47,422 nt of DNA from a bacterium (GTDB taxonomy: Bacteria > Hydrothermota > 32-111). The notes below the pieces were generated by a model. The model was given only the letters and a program-made list of their open reading frames with translations. It did no database searches and had not been told where the DNA came from. Shown here piece after piece: positions 10,751 to 19,998 of this stretch. Every line of letters begins with the position of its first letter. Within the stretch, counting starts at the first letter, position 1. Where the stretch lies: assembly GCA_046484245.1 (NCBI GenBank), contig JAWOBN010000070.1:1-47422 (forward strand), given 5' to 3'. The position numbers and the translations under genes were made by a program.

Positions 10751-11331
10751 TCTTCCTCCTTTTTTAGCATATCTATTATAAATTTCTTATATCTTTCGTA
10801 TTTTGTTTCCGAAAATTTTTCTGACATAATTATGTACTGCATCATGAATGTATTCAATGAACCGATTATTATGTTAACAGCAATATCAGAATCAATATCC
10901 CTGAAAATACCTTCCCTCTTGCCTTCTTCTATAATTTGGCTTAATTGGCGGCTCCGTTTATTGTACATTTTCATAGGTCCCTTTTTATTGTCTTTCTTCA
11001 CCTTTATCAAGAAACCGGGCAATTCCCTCATTAATAATTTTGCAAATGATCTATTGCTTATCAAACCATTCACTGTTATATCAAAATAATTGTTAAGCTT
11101 GAACAATGCATCACCATCTGCATTGACTGCATCGTCAGCATATTTAAGCCACTCTGTCATCATATACTCCATACTGGACAGATAAAGGTCTGCTTTATCT
11201 TCAAAATACAGATACAATGTGCCTTTACCTACTCCCGCTTTGTCAGCAATATCCTTCACCCGGGTCTTTTCAAAACCATTTTCAGCCAGTTCCTTCAGTG
11301 TTGCCTGGAGTATTCTTTCCTTCTTGTTCAT
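10747..11331 (-). CDS. TetR/AcrR family transcriptional regulator
   Basis: IADKAGVGKGTLYLYFEDK HTH; start moved to ATG 11331 after the AGGAG RBS. Confidence 0.94.
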   Translation of the reverse strand: MNKKERILQATLKELAENGFEKTRVKDIADKAGVGKGTLYLYFEDKADLYLSSMEYMMTEWLKYADDAVNADGDALFKLNNYFDITVNGLISNRSFAKLLMRELPGFLIKVKKDNKKGPMKMYNKRSRQLSQIIEEGKREGIFRDIDSDIAVNIIIGSLNTFMMQYIIMSEKFSETKYERYKKFIIDMLKKEEE

Positions 11332-11356
11332 CTCACTCCTTATTTGATTATTATAC

Positions 11357-11385
11357 AATATAACGAAAACTGACCGGTCAGTCAA
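11357..11385 (-). promoter_or_regulatory. Promoter of the efflux operon with overlapping TetR-type operator
   Basis: TTGACT-17 nt-TATATT; perfect palindrome ACTGACCGGTCAGT at 11369-11382 overlaps the -35 and spacer. Confidence 0.75.
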
Positions 11386-11486
11386 CCCCCAAATGATATT
11401 TTATCCCTTGCATTATTTTGTTTTTTTTATATAATAATAAAATAGACAATTGAGAATTATTAATTATTGTATAACAAGGAGATTGG

Positions 11487-12845
11487 ATGAAGGTAGAATG
11501 TCCAAAATGTCACAGCAAATATGAGGTAGAGGATTCATATATACCCATAGGCGGAGCTCCTATTCAGTGTCCCAATTGCAGCAATATATTCGGAATCTAT
11601 GTTTCCCCTATTGATATACCGATGACACCGATTGAAGAAACAGAACCGCCATCAGAGGAAATTCCTGCAGAAGAGCCCCAGGCTCCCCAACCCGAGGCAG
11701 TAAAGGAGGAGGAATCATCCGAACTGGGCAGTGTTCTATCCAGTGCAGCCAGGGCAGCTGAAGAGTCAAAGGGTGAAGAGATGCCGGAGCCGCCTCAGAC
11801 AGAAGAGAGTTCAGAACTGGGCAGTATGCTGAGCAGTGCAGCAGAACACTCTGCTGAAAAGCCCGAAGCTCCTGCAGAACAGACCTCATCCGGTCAACCT
11901 GAAATAGAGAAATCCCCTGAACCGCCCAAGACAGACCAGACACCGCCTGATCTCGGAGATATGCTCGGCGGAGGAGCTGCTCAGCCGGCTTCACAGAGTG
12001 AACAGCCCTCTCCTGAACTGGGCAGTCAACCCGGTATAGAGAAATCACCCGAACAGCCTCAGGCAGAAGAAACACCTCCTGACCTCGGCGACATGCTCGG
12101 CGGAGGAGCTGCTCAGCAGGATTCCGGAAGTGAACAGCCCCGTCCAGATGAGACACCGCCTGACCTCGGAGATATGCTCGGCGGAGGAGCCGCTCAGCAG
12201 GATTCCGTTAATGAACAGCCATCTCCCGAACTGGGCAGTGAACCCGGTATAGAGAAATCACCTGAACAGCCTCAGGCAGAAGAAACACCTCCTGACCTCG
12301 GCGACATGCTCGGCGGAGGAACAGAACCTCAGCAGCCCTCACCTGCTCAAAGCAGTGGATTTGAAATAGAAAAATCGCATGAACCCCCTGCTCCGAGTCC
12401 AGAGACCCCCTCACCGGAACTGCCTCAGCAGTCAGAACCATCAACTGAACCTGCTCCATCTGAACCCAAACCCCAGCCGCCTGCTGCTGAAACTGAAGAG
12501 GGCGAAGCTAAACCGAAGCGTAAAGTAGGTCAGGGCCTTTTTGAAAGCCTGCTTGCAGGTTTCAATCTTCCTGATAATTTCAAGACATTGCCCAAGAATG
12601 TTCAGAAAAATCACAAGAGTGCTATCCGTCTTGCCAGACAGCTTGCCAAAGATATACTGCTCTATCATAAGGATGAAGTTGAAAATGGTCTGGAACAGGG
12701 CAATCTCAAAGAGCTCCTCAAGGATGAGATTGAGAAATCCTTCAAATTCTACTCGCAGAGGGTTCAGCCCGAGATACTGGAGAATATGGATTATTTCCGT
12801 GAGGCACTCAATAAGATAATAGGCAAAGGCGAGAATATATTCTAA
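11487..12845 (+). CDS. MJ0042-type zinc-ribbon protein with long Pro/Glu-rich repetitive linker and a helical C-terminal domain
   Basis: CPKC...CPNC N-terminus; acidic low-complexity middle; C-terminal AIRLARQLAKDILLYH...EIEKSFKFYSQRV; AGGAG RBS. Confidence 0.85.
   Translation: MKVECPKCHSKYEVEDSYIPIGGAPIQCPNCSNIFGIYVSPIDIPMTPIEETEPPSEEIPAEEPQAPQPEAVKEEESSELGSVLSSAARAAEESKGEEMPEPPQTEESSELGSMLSSAAEHSAEKPEAPAEQTSSGQPEIEKSPEPPKTDQTPPDLGDMLGGGAAQPASQSEQPSPELGSQPGIEKSPEQPQAEETPPDLGDMLGGGAAQQDSGSEQPRPDETPPDLGDMLGGGAAQQDSVNEQPSPELGSEPGIEKSPEQPQAEETPPDLGDMLGGGTEPQQPSPAQSSGFEIEKSHEPPAPSPETPSPELPQQSEPSTEPAPSEPKPQPPAAETEEGEAKPKRKVGQGLFESLLAGFNLPDNFKTLPKNVQKNHKSAIRLARQLAKDILLYHKDEVENGLEQGNLKELLKDEIEKSFKFYSQRVQPEILENMDYFREALNKIIGKGENIF
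11940..12320 (+). repeat. Intragenic tandem repeat encoding TPPDLGDMLGGG x4
   Basis: Units start at 11940, 12072, 12153 and 12285 (spacing 132/81/132 nt; higher-order period 213 nt). Confidence 0.9.
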
Positions 12846-12849
12846 GTTT

Positions 12850-12880
12850 AAAAGCGGGCATTGCCCGCTTTTCCCTTTTT
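12850..12880 (+). terminator. Intrinsic terminator
   Basis: aaaagcgggca/tgcccgctttt followed by T-rich tail. Confidence 0.75.
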
Positions 12881-12922
12881 TCATTCTATTCCAACAGTAA
12901 AGTTTTTTAATGTAATATAATC

Positions 12923-12964
12923 TTGACATTCTGTTTATAGTTTGTATTATTATATAAATACAAA
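12923..12964 (+). promoter_or_regulatory. Promoter with probable GntR (YtrA-type) operator
   Basis: TTGACA at 12923, TATTAT at 12945; palindrome TTTGTATT...AATACAAA at 12941-12964. Confidence 0.6.
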
Positions 12965-12972
12965 GGAGTATT

Positions 12973-13347
12973 ATGAATATTTTTATTGATTCCAATTCAC
13001 CTCTTGCTGTTTATAAACAGATCAAGAATCAGATAAAGGGGCTCATTATTCAATCAGAATTACCTGAAGGCACTGTTCTGCCTAGTATCAGAACACTGGC
13101 AGGCTATCTTGAGATTGCCAACAATACTGTTGCGAGGGCTTACTATGAACTGGAGAAGGAGGGATATCTGAAACTTGACGGCAGGAGAGGCAGTATTGTC
13201 CGCAAGACGCAGGAAACCGATGAATTACAGAGGAATGAATTCCTTATGAATCTCACAGAGGAATTCCTGTTGAGAAGCAGGGAGTACGGTTATACATCAG
13301 AGGAGATTACTGCTGCCATAGAGGAGATGTACAACCGGGTTTACTGA
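12973..13347 (+). CDS. GntR family (YtrA-like) transcriptional regulator
   Basis: YKQIKNQIK, LPSIRTLA, NTVARAYYELEKEG; 124 aa. Confidence 0.93.
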   Translation: MNIFIDSNSPLAVYKQIKNQIKGLIIQSELPEGTVLPSIRTLAGYLEIANNTVARAYYELEKEGYLKLDGRRGSIVRKTQETDELQRNEFLMNLTEEFLLRSREYGYTSEEITAAIEEMYNRVY

Positions 13348-14681
13348 TGAGAATTATAATTGACAGTGACACAACCTCTCTTCTGAGACCACTTGAGGAT
13401 ATCAGGTATTATTTTGTCGGCGGTTATGTGCGGGATAAATTGATGAAGCGCCCGTACAATGATATTGATATTATTGTATTTGAGCCAATTGAGACAATTG
13501 AGGAGAAACTCCAGTCCGGGGCATTTATTGTAAACAACAGGTTTGCAACTGCCAGGTTCTCGGTAAATAACCGTATTATTGATATCAATACAGTGAGTGA
13601 TCTGGATACTGATCTTAAAAGGAGGGATTTCACAGTCAATGCAATTGCTGCTGATAAAACAGGTGAGATCATTGACAGTGAAGGCGGTCTGGAGGATATA
13701 ACCAGGCATCTTATCAGGCCTGTATCAGACAGTGTTTTCAAGGATGATCCGCTTAGGCTTATGCGTGCACTGAGATACTCCGCAGATCTCTCATTTGCTC
13801 TAACCGAAAGGGCAGAAGACATGATTAACAGAGACAGCGGCCTGATAAGGGAGTCAGCTCCCGAGAGGATTAATGAAGAGCTCCACAAAATTTTTTCACA
13901 GCCCGGCCGCGCTTATCTGATGAGGACAATGGCTCACAGGGGTCTGCTCAAGCATATATTCCCCATGCTTGAAGGGACAGAATCATTTGAACACAAGAAA
14001 CATCATTCTACTCATCTTCTGGGGCATCTGCTCAATACAACTGAAGCTATTGACAGTATATTGAATTCTGATATCCCGGAGAGGCTTGAGCAGTATGGCA
14101 GGGAAAATACTTTTATACTTTATATATCAGCATTACTCCACGACATAGATAAGCCGGGCAAGATGAGAAAAAAGGGGGACGGACTGTCCTTTGCAGGCCA
14201 TGATAAGGGCAGTGCAGAGAAGGCATCACGGATGCTTAATAATCTGAGGGTGTCAAACAGAAAGATAAGGTCAGTAGAAACACTGATAAGCATGCACATG
14301 AGACCTCACCTGCTTCTTGCTTCCCGGAGAGTGACAAGCAGGGGCTATTACAGATTGATGAGGGATGCAGGGGAGGATCTGGAGGGTCTTATAATACTGA
14401 CAATGGCTGATAAATTATCCTCTGAGGGCATTATTGACAATTCCTATATTGAACTCTATGAGAGAATCATGGATGTGAAGAATGACATAGAAAAGGAAGC
14501 CATCAGTTTCATCACTGGTACAGATATCATGGATCATTTCAGTATTGAGGAAGGCCCCCTTATAGGAGATATGATTAACAGCGGCAATGAATATGCTGTT
14601 GATAACAATATAGACAGCAAGGAAAAGATCCTTGATTTCCTTGCAGATGAATTCAAAACCCGTTTACCGGATACGGATTAG
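13347..14681 (+). CDS. Class II tRNA nucleotidyltransferase with HD domain; probable CC-adding type
   Basis: VGGYVRD, DIDI, DLKRRDFTVNA, DDPLRLMRALRY, ERINEEL, LLHDIDKP; the flexible loop before motif B is missing. Confidence 0.88.
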   Translation: MRIIIDSDTTSLLRPLEDIRYYFVGGYVRDKLMKRPYNDIDIIVFEPIETIEEKLQSGAFIVNNRFATARFSVNNRIIDINTVSDLDTDLKRRDFTVNAIAADKTGEIIDSEGGLEDITRHLIRPVSDSVFKDDPLRLMRALRYSADLSFALTERAEDMINRDSGLIRESAPERINEELHKIFSQPGRAYLMRTMAHRGLLKHIFPMLEGTESFEHKKHHSTHLLGHLLNTTEAIDSILNSDIPERLEQYGRENTFILYISALLHDIDKPGKMRKKGDGLSFAGHDKGSAEKASRMLNNLRVSNRKIRSVETLISMHMRPHLLLASRRVTSRGYYRLMRDAGEDLEGLIILTMADKLSSEGIIDNSYIELYERIMDVKNDIEKEAISFITGTDIMDHFSIEEGPLIGDMINSGNEYAVDNNIDSKEKILDFLADEFKTRLPDTD

Positions 14682-17600
14682 CTTCTTCCTTATCATATCC
14701 CCATTCTCATTGCTCATCTGCATAAAGTATATGCCGGACGACACTCTGGTGCCGGAAGCATTCCACTGATACCTGTGAATACCGGATGAAGCAATGGTGA
14801 GTGTCTTTCCGTCAATCAATCTGCCATTGACATCATATATGACAACATTAATGCTGCTCCCCTGTGGGGCACTGAAACGCAGAGAATAATCATTACTGAA
14901 CACTGAAGGTGATGATGAGATATATGAGAATTTCACATCACTGTTTCTTCCGGCAAGTTCAAGACCGCTTCTCCCTGCAAAGAATTCCATTATCCTGTAC
15001 AGGATATTCTTTCTCGTTGACGGATATGCACTGTCATCAAGACCGGGAAGTTCAAAGGAGAGCCCCACTGTCCTGTAATCAGGTGTCTCATTGGCAATAC
15101 CGTATCCATCAGAATTATTGATGAATATCATCTGAGCTGTTGTATCAAGCACAGATATGAGGTCAAGATAATTGTTCTCACCCGAATAACTGCATGCAAT
15201 ACCATTCATCAGGGAACCATTGACACCGGAAAAACCGCCCGATACACTGCCCCCGTCACCAATAGGGTCAATGCCGAACAGGGTATTGAAAGAATATCCG
15301 CCCAAAGACACATCATAATACCAGCATTCTCCACCCTCCATATACATATTGATCTCACCTGCATTGAGGAGTGAATCAAGTGCTGAAGCAATCTCATTAC
15401 CGGCTTCAATGAGAGTATTATTGGGATATACGCCTCTTGTGAGGAAAACATTATTATATTGACTCAGATCTCCCGCACTGACAGTTGTTGCATAATCTCC
15501 CGAATAGCCCAGTTCAATGAGGAGAGAATCAATAACAGGACCTGAGGAATTATTGCCGTCATAGTCCAGTACAAGATAATCCTTCTTATTGAATGATATA
15601 CTGTCTGTAAATGTGTCTCTCCTGCCCAGTGCATTGCTAAATACAACAGAAAATCCCCTTCTTGTATAATCTGTAATTGAACTGTCCGGTATGAACATTA
15701 TGGTATCCGATACAACAGTACTGTCCGGATAGAGCGTGTCAACTGTATCTGTCGGGGATATAACTGTGAGGAGTGAGTCATCTGTTTCAACAGTGTAGAT
15801 AATACCATAATCATCCATGTCGCCATTATTTTTCATTGATACTGTGATAAACGAGGTATCGCCCTTTGCCCCGTGCTTGACAAAATTACTGTATTCTGTG
15901 TGCGGGGCAAATATTTCACTGTACAGTTCCCGGCTCACTGAATCACCCGCTCCATTATAGAGCAATGAGGAGAATACAATTGTGGAATCATAATGCGCAT
16001 TGCCTGACAGAGAGGCCTCTATGAAACCGTCTGTTATTACTGCAGTTCCGGGCAGTATTGTATCAGGAATATCTATCAGAGTGTCACTGAGGGACAAATA
16101 AGGACTTCCGGACTTGATTACTGATGTAAGACCCGTTATTGTATCACTGCCGTAATTGGCTATCTCCAGATGTATCCTCCCGGTGTCCCCTGCAGAGAAG
16201 AGACTGTCCCTGCCACCATAATTGAATATTGAATCATTGAATTTTATTCTTGTTATTGACGGGGCAAAGGGAATATCACCGAGAATTATCTGCTGACTGT
16301 CCATCCTGCAATCATGCTCTGAAGCATATATCATCAATGTATCACCTTGAGAGAATGTGTTTTCAAATGCAATATACCCGTTGTACTGAGTCCTGGCACC
16401 TGCAATAAGCGAGTCACTGTGCATAAGAGCTGTATATGCATCATGATAACTGCTGTTGAGAAACACATTGGCCCTTATGCTGTCAATATCACCGGGCATT
16501 ACAGAATCAGCTGCAATAGAGAGATTGCCCTCTACTGTTGATTTGAGGTCAAATGAGGGATCACCCAGTATATTGTACATCTCAAAATACCTCTTGGACA
16601 AGCCGCTGCCTGAATATGCAGCATAGACCATATGTTTGGAGAAATTGAGCATACTCCCTGTGAATGTATAGGATGAATCAGTGTACCCGTCAATAAGAGA
16701 CCGCTCCATTATATCATCCTCATACCAGTAGGAATTTACTGATGAGCCGACAAAACCGGCAGCGCCATTGTCTGCCCTGAGCCAAGTTTCACCGAAGGAT
16801 TCGGAGGTATGGGCATAATCACCTGTAAGACATGCATAGGAGAAAACCAGCGGATACATCTGAGCATTGGTCAATGCATTGATGCCGGACTGGTTGAATG
16901 AGGGTCCTCCCCAAGCTGTCTCTAATCCGTGCCCTGTGTATATGGCAACTGTTCTGCCATTATTGATTGCCTCTGCAACAGGTGTACCTGTTCCGTAATA
17001 ATCATAGAAGGAATCCACTGTCATATTGATATCCCGTAACCTTGAAGCTGCATAGTTTTGTGTAGCTTCAGCCAGTTCATGGAATGAACCGTCATCTGTT
17101 GCCATGAGATATGCTCTCTGAGCCCATGTGTCTGACACAGACCAATCCGCCTGTTGAACAGTAATATTCTTCTCAATAACTCCCTTTAACTGAGTGGTAT
17201 CTGAAACAGACATCCTGCCTATATATACATCAGGGAAATAATCCTCCCCGTCCAGTGTTGAGTAATAGAGGTCAGTTGGAGGATTGTCCATCTCTGTGCC
17301 TATAAAATGGGGAATCTCATCAGTGTCCCCTATAAGCAGGACAAATTCAAGGCCGAATGCATTACTGTCATAGAAATTCTGAATCGCCTGTTTTATCTCC
17401 GTATTGGTGCTGCCTACAGTATCTGTCTCCAAAACCCTTACCATGAACCCCTGTCTCTTCTTGAGATCTATCAGATCCCCGAGATGGCCTGCAAAACGTG
17501 AGGATGTCACAATGAGATATACGGACATGGGTGAATACAGATCATCATAATCAAATATCTGATCTTGTTCATAATCAATGCGTGCTTCTGTATAAATAAT

Positions 17601-18110
17601 AAGAGTGTTTTGAGCAGGATTGTACTTCACAGGGTAGAATTCAACAAGCACCTTTGACTCGCCCATTATTGTGCCGGGACTTACTGTTTCAAGTGTATGT
17701 TCGGGAAGGAATCTGTTTGATGAATAGATCTCACTGTTCACAGTAAATTGAGGCTCCTGCCCCTTCATAACAGGACTCTGAACAGGATAAATCCTCTCAC
17801 TGCCTTTCAATGGATAAACCAGTGAATCAATAACAGTTACTGAATAATCCCTGGTATTGCCGTCTGTGAATATTCTTACAGCAGGTAGCTGCGGGCTGCC
17901 CGGTGTATTGGTGAACTGCATGTCAGTACTTCCAAATCTCCAGTAGCCATTCTCTTCAAAGAGGGATATTCTTTCTGCCTTGATTTCTATTCTGCCGGGA
18001 TATTTTGTAACAGCAAAATCATCACCGGTTTTATCACCTGGAATGATTTCAAGTGCAGACAGAGAGGAGGCAATGATTAATATTATTATAAGCGAAATTG
18101 ATTTACGCAT
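14664..18110 (-). CDS. C25 (gingipain-like) cysteine peptidase with propeptide and T9SS-like C-terminal domain
   Basis: Signal peptide; PGSPQLP propeptide; VLLIGD, TDLYY, IGRMS, YTGHG, YACLTG, FGETWLR, YNILGDP; C-terminus IYDVNGRLI...SSGIYF...KKLIRIR. Confidence 0.92.
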   Translation of the reverse strand: MRKSISLIIILIIASSLSALEIIPGDKTGDDFAVTKYPGRIEIKAERISLFEENGYWRFGSTDMQFTNTPGSPQLPAVRIFTDGNTRDYSVTVIDSLVYPLKGSERIYPVQSPVMKGQEPQFTVNSEIYSSNRFLPEHTLETVSPGTIMGESKVLVEFYPVKYNPAQNTLIIYTEARIDYEQDQIFDYDDLYSPMSVYLIVTSSRFAGHLGDLIDLKKRQGFMVRVLETDTVGSTNTEIKQAIQNFYDSNAFGLEFVLLIGDTDEIPHFIGTEMDNPPTDLYYSTLDGEDYFPDVYIGRMSVSDTTQLKGVIEKNITVQQADWSVSDTWAQRAYLMATDDGSFHELAEATQNYAASRLRDINMTVDSFYDYYGTGTPVAEAINNGRTVAIYTGHGLETAWGGPSFNQSGINALTNAQMYPLVFSYACLTGDYAHTSESFGETWLRADNGAAGFVGSSVNSYWYEDDIMERSLIDGYTDSSYTFTGSMLNFSKHMVYAAYSGSGLSKRYFEMYNILGDPSFDLKSTVEGNLSIAADSVMPGDIDSIRANVFLNSSYHDAYTALMHSDSLIAGARTQYNGYIAFENTFSQGDTLMIYASEHDCRMDSQQIILGDIPFAPSITRIKFNDSIFNYGGRDSLFSAGDTGRIHLEIANYGSDTITGLTSVIKSGSPYLSLSDTLIDIPDTILPGTAVITDGFIEASLSGNAHYDSTIVFSSLLYNGAGDSVSRELYSEIFAPHTEYSNFVKHGAKGDTSFITVSMKNNGDMDDYGIIYTVETDDSLLTVISPTDTVDTLYPDSTVVSDTIMFIPDSSITDYTRRGFSVVFSNALGRRDTFTDSISFNKKDYLVLDYDGNNSSGPVIDSLLIELGYSGDYATTVSAGDLSQYNNVFLTRGVYPNNTLIEAGNEIASALDSLLNAGEINMYMEGGECWYYDVSLGGYSFNTLFGIDPIGDGGSVSGGFSGVNGSLMNGIACSYSGENNYLDLISVLDTTAQMIFINNSDGYGIANETPDYRTVGLSFELPGLDDSAYPSTRKNILYRIMEFFAGRSGLELAGRNSDVKFSYISSSPSVFSNDYSLRFSAPQGSSINVVIYDVNGRLIDGKTLTIASSGIHRYQWNASGTRVSSGIYFMQMSNENGDMIRKKLIRIR

Positions 18111-18182
18111 AATGCTCCTTTTATATATTGATATAATCTAATAAAATACATACGCATTGTCAAGAGCAGCAGGGTAACAAAA

Positions 18183-18974
18183 TTATCCTTTCCTGAAAAT
18201 TCCCTGTTTCAGCATACCGAATCCATTGAAGGAATGCCTCAGTGTGAGGATAATGGATAATGTTACTGTAATGGACACAGCAGTGAATATCGCAATTATT
18301 ATGGCTATCTGATACTTGATTGCTGTCATGGGTGTGGAACCGCCCAGTATCTGACCTGTCATCATGCCCGGCAGTGAAACAATGCCTATTGTCGCCATAT
18401 TGGCAATAGAGGGTTTGAGGGCTGATCTGAGCCCGTCCCTCAGATAGGGCAGTGTTGCTTCAAATTTACTTGCCCCCAGTGAGAGACTGTAAATATACCT
18501 GTTATTGTTTCTCTTGATATCCTTATAGAATGTAGTGATGCCTATTATATTGCCCCTGAGAGAATTGCCCAGAAGCATCCCACCTATAATGATAAAGTAC
18601 TTTGCCTCAGTAATATCCTCTATACCGACAATAATGTAATTGAAATATATGAGAATGAGGAATACAGACAGTGTGAATGCCAGAAGAACAGGCAAGGCGA
18701 ATATTCTTACCGAGAGTCCGCTGTTTCTAATAACAGCAATGACTGCTACAATTATCATTATAATGAGCCAGAGAATATTGAGTGGACCGAAATCCCATTC
18801 AAAGAGATACTTTAAGAAGAGTGCCATTAAGAATAACTGCAGTGTCATCCTGGCAAATGACACAAGCATTGACCTTATAATGCCAAGATGGAATATGCGG
18901 CTTATTGCAATAGGTATAAGGAGGAGGAGAAATCCCAATCCGAGAGATACAATGGTTATATCAACAGCACCCAT
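18183..18974 (-). CDS. fetB: UPF0014/FetB (YbbM)-like ABC permease, putative iron export
   Basis: RMTLQL, GMLLGN, SLGAS, GIVSLPGMMTGQILGG, AIKYQI. Confidence 0.88.
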   Translation of the reverse strand: MGAVDITIVSLGLGFLLLLIPIAISRIFHLGIIRSMLVSFARMTLQLFLMALFLKYLFEWDFGPLNILWLIIMIIVAVIAVIRNSGLSVRIFALPVLLAFTLSVFLILIYFNYIIVGIEDITEAKYFIIIGGMLLGNSLRGNIIGITTFYKDIKRNNNRYIYSLSLGASKFEATLPYLRDGLRSALKPSIANMATIGIVSLPGMMTGQILGGSTPMTAIKYQIAIIIAIFTAVSITVTLSIILTLRHSFNGFGMLKQGIFRKG

Positions 18975-18976
18975 AA

Positions 18977-19609
18977 TTAGTCCATATCAATTATTCTGAT
19001 ATTATCTGAATCTCTCCAGAGATTGTCATGTGAAACTATAATGACAGTCCAGTCGCTGTGTCCCGTAAAGAGTTCAGCCACCTTATTCTTCTTACCGGTA
19101 TCAAGTGACGCTGTGGGTTCATCAAGGAGGAAAACATCCCTCCTCAGTATAAGTGATATGATAATGAGGACTCTCTGCTGCTCTCCGCCGGACAGTTCAT
19201 TGAAATGCTTATCAAGGTATCTCTCGGACATATCAAAATACTCCAGCCACTCAATGGTCTTTGACATTGAACAGCATTTATCCCTGTTATTCCTGTAACC
19301 GGTCACTGTCTCTATCAATTCCCTTACAGTACTGCCGGACATATCAGTACTCTGGGGAACATACGCTATTTCCTGTCTTATGTCCCAAACATTGTCCTTG
19401 CTGATATGCTCATCCCTGAACATGATCTCACCACTGTGGGGCCTGAGAAACCCCATGAGGAGATTGAGAACGGATGTCTTGCCGCCTCCCGAATCACCGT
19501 ACAATAAAACCTTCTCACCCTTCTTCACAGTTAGATTGAAATCATGAAGCACTCTCTTGCCTTCAAATGACAATTCAATATTCCTCATCTTGAAATATAC
19601 ATCACCCAT
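18977..19609 (-). CDS. fetA: FetA (YbbL)-like ABC ATP-binding protein
   Basis: GDSGGGKT, LSGGEQQR, LLDEPTASLD, VSHD; directly upstream of the fetB-like gene. Confidence 0.85.
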   Translation of the reverse strand: MGDVYFKMRNIELSFEGKRVLHDFNLTVKKGEKVLLYGDSGGGKTSVLNLLMGFLRPHSGEIMFRDEHISKDNVWDIRQEIAYVPQSTDMSGSTVRELIETVTGYRNNRDKCCSMSKTIEWLEYFDMSERYLDKHFNELSGGEQQRVLIIISLILRRDVFLLDEPTASLDTGKKNKVAELFTGHSDWTVIIVSHDNLWRDSDNIRIIDMD

Positions 19610-19615
19610 GTATAG

Positions 19616-19644
19616 AGAATATTTAATAAAACATAAATTGTCAA
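19616..19644 (-). promoter_or_regulatory. Sigma70-type promoter giving a probable leaderless fetA mRNA
   Basis: TTGACA-17 nt-TATTCT, 6 nt, then ATG; no SD. Confidence 0.6.
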
Positions 19645-19708
19645 CACCACAGTGAACTGTCTTTTTTCAACATCTGTCCCTTTCCCCCCATTTTGTAAAA
19701 ACCGCCCC

Positions 19709-19869
19709 TCCAAATCCCAGGTCCGGTAGTTGCATAGGTTGCACAACTAATATCGCTTAATTTATGTGGTTCACATCAGACCCTGTATAAGCTCAGTTAT
19801 TTATTGTTTTACATATTATGACCTTTGACTTTTCTGCAACCTATGCAACTACCGGACCTGGGATTTGGA
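19709..19869. mobile_element. 161-bp MITE-like inverted-repeat element, copy 1
   Basis: Perfect 35-bp IR TCCAAATCCCAGGTCCGGTAGTTGCATAGGTTGCA (19709-19743 / 19835-19869); second copy at 47139-47299. Confidence 0.8.
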
Positions 19870-19998
19870 CATAATGCTGGGTAAAGCAAGTATTAGCTAA
19901 TCTTATGTGGGATTTTGGCCTGTTTTACTCAAAATCCATTTGATATATTCCACCTCCGTCCCTCCATCGTCATGCGTGATGCGTCGGGAAATTTGTAT

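Noticed and set aside
11608-12995. Antisense ORFs over the zinc-ribbon gene, and similar shadow ORFs elsewhere in the track
   Set aside because: Explained by codon bias and repeats of well-supported genes on the opposite strand or in another frame.
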